Below, piece by piece: positions 42,891 to 51,624 of a stretch of 64,000 bases of DNA. This stretch comes from Meyerozyma guilliermondii. Lineage: Eukaryota. A program made the position numbers and the translations under genes. Location: assembly GCA_051546255.1 (NCBI GenBank), contig CP128815.1:558001-622000 (forward strand), written 5' to 3'. The notes beneath the pieces were generated by a model that was not told the origin of the DNA, made no database searches, and saw nothing but the letters and a program-made list of their open reading frames with translations. Position 1 is the stretch's first letter, and the number at the start of each line of letters is the position of its first letter.

Positions 42891-44546
42891 ATGCCTGCCT
42901 CAACTTCTTTTAGTGACTCCATAGAGAAGGGCCAAGAGAAGAATGTGGACTACGTGACCGATTTCAACTCGGAAATTGGTGAAACAAAAAACCATGAAGT
43001 AAAAAGAGATTTGAAGGCTCGTCATATTTCCATGATTGCATTGGGAGGAACCATTGGTACGGGGTTATTTATCTCTTCAGGTTCGACTCTTCAAGATGCT
43101 GGACCTGTTTCGTCGTTAATTTGTTACTTGTTCATTACTTCGTTGGCATTCAGTGTCACCCAGGCGTTGGGAGAAATGGCCACTTTAATTCCTGTTTCTG
43201 GTTCATTCACTCAGTTTGTCACAAGATGGTGCTCGCCTGCTCTCGGCGCTGCCAATGGATATAATTACTGTTTCTCGTGGTGTATAACATTTGCCCTTGA
43301 AGTGTCGGTGGTGGGTCAAATCATCAACTCCAGTTGGCCCAACCCGGTACCTTTGGCTGCATGGGTTGCCATTTTCTTTGTCATTTTAACAGCCGCCAAT
43401 CTCTTCCCCGTCAAATACTATGGAGAAATTGAGTTCTGGGTTGCTTCGCTCAAGGTGATTGCCGTTGCTGGTTGGATCATTTACGCTTTCATTATGGTGT
43501 GTGGAGCTGGCAAAACTGGCCCTGTGGGCTTCCGTTACTGGAGAAATCCTGGTCCTTGGGGCCCTGGTATTTTGGTGGAAAGTAACATCAACACTGCCAG
43601 ATTTTTGGGCTGGTTATCTTCCTTGATCAGTGCCGCATTCACATTCCAAGGTTGTGAACTTGTGGGATTGTCGTGTGGTGAATCCTCCAATCCTCGTAAA
43701 ACCGTCCCTGCGGCCATCAGAAAGGTGTTGATCAGAATTTTGCTTTTCTACGTCTTGTCCATGCTCTTTATCGGTTTGTTGGTTCCTTACAATGATCCAC
43801 TTTTCAGCAGTGACGCAAGTTACGTTGCAACTTCTCCCTTCATCATCGCTATTAAAAACTCCGGTACCAAAATTTTGCCCGACATCTTCAGCGGTGTCAT
43901 CTTGGTAACCATTATCTCTGCTGGAAACTCCAACGTCTACTCAGGTTCTCGTGTCTTGTACGGATTGGCACAAGCTGGAGTTGCTCCAAGAGTGTTCAAA
44001 TGGACCACCAAACACGGCGTACCATATGTTAGTGTCGTCACCGTCGCTGCGTTTGGTGCCTTGGGCTTCCTTTCGGTCTCCAACAGCGGCCAAACTGTAT
44101 TCGACTGGCTCTTAAATATCACCGCCGTTTCTGGACTCATTGCATGGGGTTTCATTTCGTTCACCCACATCAGATTCATGAACATTTTGAAGTCTAGAAA
44201 CATCTCAAGAGACACATTGCCCTACCGGGCATTGGGCATGCCATATGCTTCATATTATGCCACCATTACCATCTTCATCTTGGTTTTCATCCAAGGTTTT
44301 TCGTGCTTCTGGGACATAGATGCATCCAAGTTTTTCACTGCCTACATCTCGGTGATTCTCTTTGTATTTTCGTATGTGGCATTCCACATCTACTTTAACT
44401 GGAACAACTTGTTCAGCAAGAGGGCATTCCTCGTTCCTTTGGAAGAATGTGACATTGAAACCGGCGCTCGTGAAATCGACGATACAGTGTGGGAAGAGAA
44501 CGAACCACGCAATTTATGGGAAAAGTTTTGGAATATTGTGTCGTGA
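42891..44546 (+). CDS. Basic amino acid permease (Can1/Lyp1/Alp1 subfamily)
   Basis: [52 protein letters not shown]; about 12 TM segments. Substrate (Arg vs Lys) cannot be resolved. Confidence 0.92.
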   Translation: MPASTSFSDSIEKGQEKNVDYVTDFNSEIGETKNHEVKRDLKARHISMIALGGTIGTGLFISSGSTLQDAGPVSSLICYLFITSLAFSVTQALGEMATLIPVSGSFTQFVTRWCSPALGAANGYNYCFSWCITFALEVSVVGQIINSSWPNPVPLAAWVAIFFVILTAANLFPVKYYGEIEFWVASLKVIAVAGWIIYAFIMVCGAGKTGPVGFRYWRNPGPWGPGILVESNINTARFLGWLSSLISAAFTFQGCELVGLSCGESSNPRKTVPAAIRKVLIRILLFYVLSMLFIGLLVPYNDPLFSSDASYVATSPFIIAIKNSGTKILPDIFSGVILVTIISAGNSNVYSGSRVLYGLAQAGVAPRVFKWTTKHGVPYVSVVTVAAFGALGFLSVSNSGQTVFDWLLNITAVSGLIAWGFISFTHIRFMNILKSRNISRDTLPYRALGMPYASYYATITIFILVFIQGFSCFWDIDASKFFTAYISVILFVFSYVAFHIYFNWNNLFSKRAFLVPLEECDIETGAREIDDTVWEENEPRNLWEKFWNIVS

Positions 44547-44650
44547 GGCACATGCATTAAAGGGTACGTAGTACCGGTAAAAGTATTTATGATTTTAAGG
44601 TACAGACATCGGAAAGCAGATGAAATGTAGAAGCGTAACGTCGTATTGAC

Positions 44651-44709
44651 AAATAGTACAGAAGGAAATAGTACAGAAAGTAATAGTACAGAAAGTACCA
44701 ATAGTACAC
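44651..44709. repeat. 15-bp tandem repeat (3 copies plus a partial) between convergent genes
   Basis: AAATAGTACAGAAGG / AAATAGTACAGAAAG / TAATAGTACAGAAAG / AATAGTACAC. Confidence 0.85.
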
Positions 44710-44925
44710 CGAGTATTCATGGAAAATTCCTTAACAGTGCCATTGGAAGTGGCTTGTATACCATTGGGTACCGTCAAAGAAGCTGTGAGTATTCATGGAA
44801 AATACCATAATAGTACCATTGGAAGTAATGGTAATTACCCATCAAAGTCCTGAGCACTATCGAAGTCCCAAGTACCCATTGGAGGTAACTGCCATTGAAG
44901 TAACTGTAACTACCCTTGTACGGTG

Positions 44926-45594
44926 CTACTTTTTTCGGGTACTTCGCCGGACTCGAGTGCGAGTCTGTTTCTCTTCTTCATCGTCTTCTTCTTGTGCCGC
45001 TTCAGAACGAGTCCTGCGTTTGGAAGCTGGTGTATTTCCTGGAGGAGTGGGACTGGCGGTTTTAGTATTACGTCGTTTTGAGGGAGGTTCAGAGTCTTTA
45101 GCGGCTACAGAACGAGCTCGCTTTTTGGGTGGTACTGATTGTCGACGAGATCTCGTCACTCTTTTAGTTTCTGAATGTGAGTCGTCAGCAGAATCGTCGT
45201 CTTCGTCGTCGTCGTTGTCTAGGTCCGATTCCTTACCGGATTTGGTTCGTTTCTTTGAAGCTAAAGTAGACTTTTCACTACCTTTCTCAGCTTTATCGCC
45301 ATTTTTGTCGTTCAATTTCGCGGATTTTTCCCGATTTTTGCCTCGATCCGCTTCCTCGTCACTGTCTCCACTCTCCTCTCGCTCCTCTAACTCGTCAACC
45401 TTCTCCAAGTCGTAGTAACTCAGCAATTTTTCCCACACGTCCGCGGCCAGAAACACTTTTTTCAGTTTCTCGTTGAGCCGCTTCACGATCCAGTCCATGT
45501 GCTGGTCTTTGTCTTTTCCCGCCGGCTTGCGCTCACAAATGAGACCGAAGAGCGATATTTCGTCGTCCACGGTCCATTCCACACTGTTTGACAT
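44926..45594 (-). CDS. EAF7: NuA4/TINTIN subunit Eaf7
   Basis: WTVDDEISLF, KPAGKDKDQHM, VWEKLLSYYDL (CT20 domain), basic/acidic tail; divergent from NAM9. Confidence 0.88.
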   Translation of the reverse strand: MSNSVEWTVDDEISLFGLICERKPAGKDKDQHMDWIVKRLNEKLKKVFLAADVWEKLLSYYDLEKVDELEEREESGDSDEEADRGKNREKSAKLNDKNGDKAEKGSEKSTLASKKRTKSGKESDLDNDDDEDDDSADDSHSETKRVTRSRRQSVPPKKRARSVAAKDSEPPSKRRNTKTASPTPPGNTPASKRRTRSEAAQEEDDEEEKQTRTRVRRSTRKK

Positions 45595-45719
45595 CTTGAC
45601 CTTTGACGCTGATCCTGTGGATTAGACTTCAGTGCGAAATCGCAGTGCGAAATTGAGTGCGAAATCGAGTGAAAAATAGTTTTGAAAAATAGATTTTCAC
45701 TTTTCGTTGTCCACCGAAC

Positions 45720-47117
45720 ATGCCCCGGAGGACCCAGAACCTCAACTCCATGGCCCGTGGCCGTGTGCGGGCGTCCATGAACAAGTACAATCTCTTCAAT
45801 TTGTACAAAAAACCAAACGTAAACTACCAAGGAAAGACACTCTTCCAACAGAAATGGACCGCCAAGGCCGAGACAAGAGCCTACCATGGTGAGCATTTGA
45901 CTGAAGGGCGCTGGAAGCAGTTGTTCAAGCCAAATCTCGAGTCTGTGGCCCAGCTTGATGCCTCGTTGAAAGGAATGGACGTGGCGTTGACTCCCATGCC
46001 GTTGCAAACTTATGCTGCTTTGGAGAAAAGATTGGAGTTTGCCATGTTTAGAGCTATGTTTGCGTCTTCTGTGAGACAGGCAAGGCAATACATTCTCAAT
46101 GGGTATGTCAAAGTGAATGGGGTGATTATAAAACACCCTTCTTTTCCATTGAAAAGTGGAGATATCTTCAGTGTGATACCTGAAAAAGTGTTGACTGCCA
46201 TGGGAAGAACCAAACCCAGCGTTCAAAAAGCCATAAGCGTAGACTCCACCCAGATTGCTGCCTGGAACAAGTATGTCAAGACCGCCAAGACGAATCCACA
46301 AGAAACATGGCAGCTCAAACAGGCCAAGCCCAAGTCGCTTGATCCGTTGATAGAACAGGAGTCTTTGACCCACAAAGAACAGGTCAAGCGGTACAATGAG
46401 CAGATTGAGAAAAGTATGCTCGCCAAGCAAAAATCCACTACTCGTGACACGATTTTGTCTCGCATCATTACTCTCGGCAACCAAACGGAAGAAGTGTCTC
46501 CCAACACCTTTGAAGAATTCGGCAAAGAAAACAAGGAAAAGTGCTACAAAGCATACACTTTGTTGAAGGAGAACGATCATGCTTTGTTGAAGGACTCTTC
46601 AGTTGAATCTGCTGCTGCTTTCATATCCAAAAAAGCGCCAGATTTTGGCTCAAAAGAAGAAACTAAGCTTGCGTCGTCCATCAAACAAGTTCTCTCTGAA
46701 GTGGTCAAATCGCAGCATGAGCACATTCGTATATCTTCCAACGAGTCCAAGCTTCCCGAAGACATAAAATCCATTCCATTTTCTCCGCAGTTTGCTGAAA
46801 ACTTGCGGTTTCATCCACCTTTGGAAAAAGAAGCCATTCTCGAAGACGAATCCAAGGCTTCCATCAACCTTCCATGGCAACGCGGTCTCTTTGGTCGTCA
46901 AGACCCTGCAAAACCCTACTTTACTCCTTGGACACCTAGACCCTTCATTGGGTGTTTTGCCGTATTACCTTCACATCTCGAAGTGTCGTTCTCCACCTGC
47001 CATGCCGTCTACTTGAGAGACCCAGTAGCGAGACCCGGCCACTCTGAGGTTATCAGTCCGTTCCCAGACCACGTCCACGAACGGGCGTACATGTACTATG
47101 CTAGAAAGGGCATGTAA
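45720..47117 (+). CDS. NAM9: Mitochondrial ribosomal protein uS4m
   Basis: MPRR, SMNKYNLFNLY, ETRAYHGEHL, LEKRLEFAMFRAMFASSVRQARQ (S4 domain), ARPGHSEVISPF. Confidence 0.95.
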   Translation: MPRRTQNLNSMARGRVRASMNKYNLFNLYKKPNVNYQGKTLFQQKWTAKAETRAYHGEHLTEGRWKQLFKPNLESVAQLDASLKGMDVALTPMPLQTYAALEKRLEFAMFRAMFASSVRQARQYILNGYVKVNGVIIKHPSFPLKSGDIFSVIPEKVLTAMGRTKPSVQKAISVDSTQIAAWNKYVKTAKTNPQETWQLKQAKPKSLDPLIEQESLTHKEQVKRYNEQIEKSMLAKQKSTTRDTILSRIITLGNQTEEVSPNTFEEFGKENKEKCYKAYTLLKENDHALLKDSSVESAAAFISKKAPDFGSKEETKLASSIKQVLSEVVKSQHEHIRISSNESKLPEDIKSIPFSPQFAENLRFHPPLEKEAILEDESKASINLPWQRGLFGRQDPAKPYFTPWTPRPFIGCFAVLPSHLEVSFSTCHAVYLRDPVARPGHSEVISPFPDHVHERAYMYYARKGM

Positions 47118-47437
47118 TCTGTATATAAGTCATAATAAATTGTACTCATGTGATTGGTATGAAGAATATTCATTAAGATTTTTATTACAAAAATCATTAC
47201 GAAATGTCAATCCTCTTGAAAAAATAGGTTATAAGAGATTCAAAGATTTTGTTTGTCCAAGTGTAGCACTACCAGTTTACAAATTTTATTATCTCTTCGT
47301 TCTAAGGCATTCGTCACTTTCTCGTTAAATTCATGCGCACTGAATCCTCGCTAATTTCTCGCTACTATTTCTCACTAATTTTCGCACAGCTCTCGCTAAG
47401 ATTTCTCGCACTGATCTCACTTCTCGCTTCTTCTCTC

Positions 47438-48304
47438 ATGCGAATTAGTCCTCGGACAATTCGTCAAGCTTCAAAGGTACCACTCCTCAAATACTTTCTT
47501 GCCGCAAATCGTACCCTAGAAAATGCTAAACAAGAACTAAAATGGGTGCAACAGGAACTCCCACCACAGAAATGGACTTGGGCTGCGAAACGACGACTGC
47601 GTTTAGTTCCACTTCAATACATTTTGGGATCCCAACCGTTTGGTGAACTCACCATTCTCTGCAAGGAAAACGTACTTATACCGAGATGGGAGACCGAAGA
47701 ATGGGTAGGACACCTCTTAAACATTCTAGAGAAGAATTCAAAGCTGCTTAAAGTTGTCGATGTGTGCACGGGAACCGGTTGTATTCCCTTGGCAATAAAG
47801 CATAAACGGCCCCAGGATGAGGTGTGTGGAATTGACGTTTCGGAGACTGCAATTGAGTTGTGCAAAGAGAATCTTGCATTGTATAGTCGTGACTTTGGGG
47901 TGTCTTCCACCATCTCATTTTTGGTTGGTAATGTGTTTCAAAAACACCCTTCCAGTCTTTATAAAGTCGATTTGTTGACAGCCAATCCTCCGTATATACC
48001 AAGAGAGGAATACAACTCGCCGGTGGCTCTCAATGGTGTTCTGAAGTCGGTTAAGAAGTATGAACCTCAATTGGCACTAATTGGAGATTTGGAGTTTTAC
48101 GATGCCTTGATCTCCAATTATGTGGTACCCCTCGAGGTAGAAGCATTTGTGTTTGAAGTAGGCGACGAGAAGCAGGTCAAACATGTCCAGCAAAAGCTAC
48201 AAGGAGTCTACAATTGTGGTTCCGTCTACGACTCACAGGGTAAAATACGATGTGTTGCCGGGTGGAAAAATGACCAATTGAGCTTGGATGCAATGTGTTC
48301 TTAG
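47438..48304 (+). CDS. MTQ1: Mitochondrial release factor glutamine methyltransferase (HemK/PrmC family)
   Basis: PLQYILGSQPF, LIPRWETEEW, DVCTGTGCI, NPPY; ATG at 47438 (MRISPR) preferred. Confidence 0.9.
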   Translation: MRISPRTIRQASKVPLLKYFLAANRTLENAKQELKWVQQELPPQKWTWAAKRRLRLVPLQYILGSQPFGELTILCKENVLIPRWETEEWVGHLLNILEKNSKLLKVVDVCTGTGCIPLAIKHKRPQDEVCGIDVSETAIELCKENLALYSRDFGVSSTISFLVGNVFQKHPSSLYKVDLLTANPPYIPREEYNSPVALNGVLKSVKKYEPQLALIGDLEFYDALISNYVVPLEVEAFVFEVGDEKQVKHVQQKLQGVYNCGSVYDSQGKIRCVAGWKNDQLSLDAMCS

Positions 48305-48307
48305 GTT

Positions 48308-49663
48308 CTACTTCATTTCCACATCGCTGGCTGAAGCGGCTTCTTCTCTTTTTCTTATGATTCCTCGTCCAATTGCTGTGATTCCTGACTCTTGGGGCAA
48401 CACTCTGGTTCCCCACAAAACGTAGCCTCCATAACCTCTCATAGTCATATGTGGATGCATTCTTCCGGGTATGGTTTGGTAGGGTCTCATTCTGGTTTCG
48501 AAAATTGATGGAGCTAGCACCCGTTTATCGGCAGTTAAAAAGTGCTGGGCTTCGAGAAGAACTTCCTTGTGCTGACTGTAAAGCGCAATGGGTCTAGAAC
48601 CGCCTATGGTTGGCAACACATATGGCAAGAGAGTGGGCAAATTTAATGTTCCCACACATATAAAGGCATCAAAATTGCCGGCAGTGACTAGATCTATAAC
48701 CAGGTTAATTTCCGCTGCTCTCTTCTTGCGTCTTTCATACTGAAGTTGTTTCGAAGGTTTAAGATTTGCAAGCTCTTCACCAGGCAATTCTTCCCACATG
48801 ATACGCTCGTTTTCTGGCTCGATAAACTGGAGCCAGTTTATTGTCTTGACAGCAGCAGAAATCTGTTCTGGTGAATATGGAGAATAACGAAGTACAATAT
48901 GATTGGCATGTTCGTTTTCATGGGCTACCACTATGGTTCCCTCGACATCCCCCCTCGAATTTTTCATCCTTTCCATCATGGCGTAGAGGATCAAGCCTCC
49001 AGTTTCGTCAACAACCAAGTACTTTCCACCAGGACGAATATTGCCATAGCTCATTAACAACCCAAGCGATTCTTCGCTCATGTCCAACACCCTCATATTG
49101 TCTTTTTCGTTATAGTATTGGAGCAATTGCGATGGTCCAAGGTACTCTACCGTAAACCGGCGCAAGAACTTTTGTTGCTTCCGTTTCAAGTACTTTTCCT
49201 GAGAGAAAATCGTCTTCTTGTCGAATCCTTCATGGCCTGCGATCATCTTTTCAATAATTTTTTGTCCAATTTCCGAACTTGCACCCGAGGTCTTGAGCTC
49301 GTGGACGTCGTCAGACGTCAATTTCTGTATCTTAGACCCAATATTAATGATATTCTGGTTATTTTCGGCACTATTGGAAAACATCTTGGTCAATTCATCT
49401 TTAGTCAATTCTTCTTCTGCGCCTTCTCCGTCCACAGCCTCATTATCAGCCGGCATAGATACAGCCTCTAGACCATTAATGGGCTTCACCTTTAAGTCTT
49501 CAATGATTTCAAAGCTCTGGCCATACTGAAACCCAAGTATACCCTCCACCTTGAAGGAGCCGAATTTCCCTAAACTAATAACTCCCGAAGGTCTAAGCTC
49601 CACAATCTTCATCCCCTCCGAGGGTAGTCGTACAAGGGCATGCTGGTTGGCAGAAATGGACAT
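48308..49663 (-). CDS. GCD10: tRNA m1A58 methyltransferase non-catalytic subunit Trm6
   Basis: [40 protein letters not shown] at 49663. Confidence 0.93.
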   Translation of the reverse strand: MSISANQHALVRLPSEGMKIVELRPSGVISLGKFGSFKVEGILGFQYGQSFEIIEDLKVKPINGLEAVSMPADNEAVDGEGAEEELTKDELTKMFSNSAENNQNIINIGSKIQKLTSDDVHELKTSGASSEIGQKIIEKMIAGHEGFDKKTIFSQEKYLKRKQQKFLRRFTVEYLGPSQLLQYYNEKDNMRVLDMSEESLGLLMSYGNIRPGGKYLVVDETGGLILYAMMERMKNSRGDVEGTIVVAHENEHANHIVLRYSPYSPEQISAAVKTINWLQFIEPENERIMWEELPGEELANLKPSKQLQYERRKKRAAEINLVIDLVTAGNFDAFICVGTLNLPTLLPYVLPTIGGSRPIALYSQHKEVLLEAQHFLTADKRVLAPSIFETRMRPYQTIPGRMHPHMTMRGYGGYVLWGTRVLPQESGITAIGRGIIRKREEAASASDVEMK

Positions 49664-49727
49664 GGTGCTGTGGATTGGACACTTCTTGTGAGATGGCATC
49701 GCTGTCGTGCGGCTCCCAGGGAAAAAA

Positions 49728-49736
49728 GCTCATCGC
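49728..49736. promoter_or_regulatory. PAC element in the 110-bp GCD10/NOP2 bidirectional promoter
   Basis: GCTCATCGC preceded by an A-tract. Confidence 0.7.
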
Positions 49737-49773
49737 GCACAAATATTTGGGGTTCAAGAATAGCACAACCACC

Positions 49774-51618
49774 ATGGGAAGACGGGCCAAAAACAAGCAG
49801 GGTGCGCCCCCGAGCTACGACGAGTTCCAGGCCAAGAAGGACCGCCGTGAGAAACGTAAGAGTGAAATCGTAGAGCGCAAGGAGTCGCAGAACAAAAAAT
49901 CCAAAACTTCGAAGCCCTCAAAGGAAGATGACAAGATCTCCAAGGTACAAAAGAAGCAACATAAGGAGCCAGAAAAAGTAGAGGAGAATGCCAGCGACGA
50001 CAATGAGGTAGAAATGACGAAAAAGGCGTTGTTCGACGACTCTGATGAAGAAAATTTGGACGGATTCGAGATTCCTGAAGACGACGATGAAGTTGTAGAC
50101 GATGAGTTTGAAGTGGAAAACGACGAAGCATACGATTCCGACGAGGATGCCCGCGAGCGCCCGATGTTCTCTGACGACGAGGACAACGACGACGTCGACC
50201 TTAATGCTGCAAACATGGAAGCGTTGTCTCGTAAGCTTGACGAGGAAGCCGAGTTGGAAGCTGAAGAAGCCGAGTTGGAGTTGACCGAAGGTGGTGCCAA
50301 ACAGCCCAGAGCCAAGGTGCTTCCTACAGAAGAGGAGGAAGAGGAAGCCAAACAGTTGGCACGCCAAGACTTGTCTCTGGTGAGAACAAGAATGATCGAG
50401 GTGGTGAAGGTGTTGGAGAACTTTAAGGAACTTTCCGAAGAAGGTCGCTCGAGATCTGAGTATGTCGATAGACTACTCAAGGATATCTGTGAATACTTTG
50501 GGTATTCCGAGTTTTTGGCCGAGAAACTTTTCAATCTATTTTCTCCATCCGAAGCCATGGAGTTCTTCGAGGCCAACGAAATCGCCCGTCCTGTCACCAT
50601 TCGTACCAACACCCTCAAGTCCAGACGCCGTGACTTAGCCCAGCGACTCGTCAACCGTGGTGTGAACTTACAGCCTATTGGAGCATGGACAAAAGTTGGA
50701 CTTCAAATTTTCGACTCGCAAGTGCCTATCGGAGCCACCCCAGAATATCTCGCTGGACACTATATTTTGCAAGCAGCATCTTCTTTCTTGCCAGTGATGG
50801 CCTTGCAACCCCAGGAAAATGAAAGAATCTTGGATATGGCAGCAGCTCCAGGAGGTAAAACCACATACATTTCAGCATTGATGAAAAATACCGGTTGCGT
50901 TTTCGCAAACGATGCTAATAAAGCCCGAACAAAGTCTCTTATAGCCAATATTCATCGTTTGGGTTGCAAGAACACCATAGTGTGCAACTATGATGCCCGT
51001 GAGTTTCCAAAAGTTATAGGTGGTTTTGATCGTGTGCTTTTGGACGCTCCATGTTCTGGTACTGGAGTGATTGCCAAAGACGAATCGGTGAAAGTGAGCC
51101 GTACCGAAAAAGATTTTATGCAAATCCCACACTTACAGAAACAGCTTCTTTTGAGTGCTATTGACTCTGTGGACGCCAATAGCTCCACTGGAGGTGTTAT
51201 TGTCTATTCCACATGTTCGGTGGCTGTCGACGAAAATGAGGCTGTAGTAGATTACGCTTTACGAAAACGTCCCAACGTCAAATTGGTCGATACTGAGTTG
51301 CAAATCGGAAAGGAAGGATTCACCTCTTATCGTGGAAAGAATTTCAGTCCTAAATTATCGTTAACAAGACGTTATTATCCACATACTTATAATGTTGATG
51401 GATTCTTCGTCGCAAAGTTTAAGAAAATTGCTCCCGCTCCTCAGGATGTTTCCAAAGCTGGAGCTAAAGAGAAAGAAGCATTGGCTCGTGCTGAAGCCGA
51501 AGAAGAAGGTATTATTCATGGAGATTTTGCTGAGTTCGATAACGAAGAAGATGCTGAGATCATCGATAAGAGTATCAAGCGCAGCAAAAAGAAAAAGGGA
51601 ATCAACCCTAATACATAG
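49774..51618 (+). CDS. NOP2: 25S rRNA m5C methyltransferase Nop2
   Basis: MGRRAKNKQG start, LDMAAAPGGKT, LLDAPCSGTG, VYSTCS. Confidence 0.96.
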   Translation: MGRRAKNKQGAPPSYDEFQAKKDRREKRKSEIVERKESQNKKSKTSKPSKEDDKISKVQKKQHKEPEKVEENASDDNEVEMTKKALFDDSDEENLDGFEIPEDDDEVVDDEFEVENDEAYDSDEDARERPMFSDDEDNDDVDLNAANMEALSRKLDEEAELEAEEAELELTEGGAKQPRAKVLPTEEEEEEAKQLARQDLSLVRTRMIEVVKVLENFKELSEEGRSRSEYVDRLLKDICEYFGYSEFLAEKLFNLFSPSEAMEFFEANEIARPVTIRTNTLKSRRRDLAQRLVNRGVNLQPIGAWTKVGLQIFDSQVPIGATPEYLAGHYILQAASSFLPVMALQPQENERILDMAAAPGGKTTYISALMKNTGCVFANDANKARTKSLIANIHRLGCKNTIVCNYDAREFPKVIGGFDRVLLDAPCSGTGVIAKDESVKVSRTEKDFMQIPHLQKQLLLSAIDSVDANSSTGGVIVYSTCSVAVDENEAVVDYALRKRPNVKLVDTELQIGKEGFTSYRGKNFSPKLSLTRRYYPHTYNVDGFFVAKFKKIAPAPQDVSKAGAKEKEALARAEAEEEGIIHGDFAEFDNEEDAEIIDKSIKRSKKKKGINPNT

Positions 51619-51624
51619 ATCTAC

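Noticed and set aside
44651..44709. Short direct repeats as a CRISPR-like array
   Set aside because: Head-to-tail 15-mers without unique spacers, in a eukaryotic genome with no cas genes.
45483..46580. 365-aa ORF antisense to NAM9 (similarly 49815-50654 against NOP2, 44795-45415 against EAF7, 55000-55560 against SRV2)
   Set aside because: Largely overlap conserved genes on the opposite strand and mirror their low-complexity codons.
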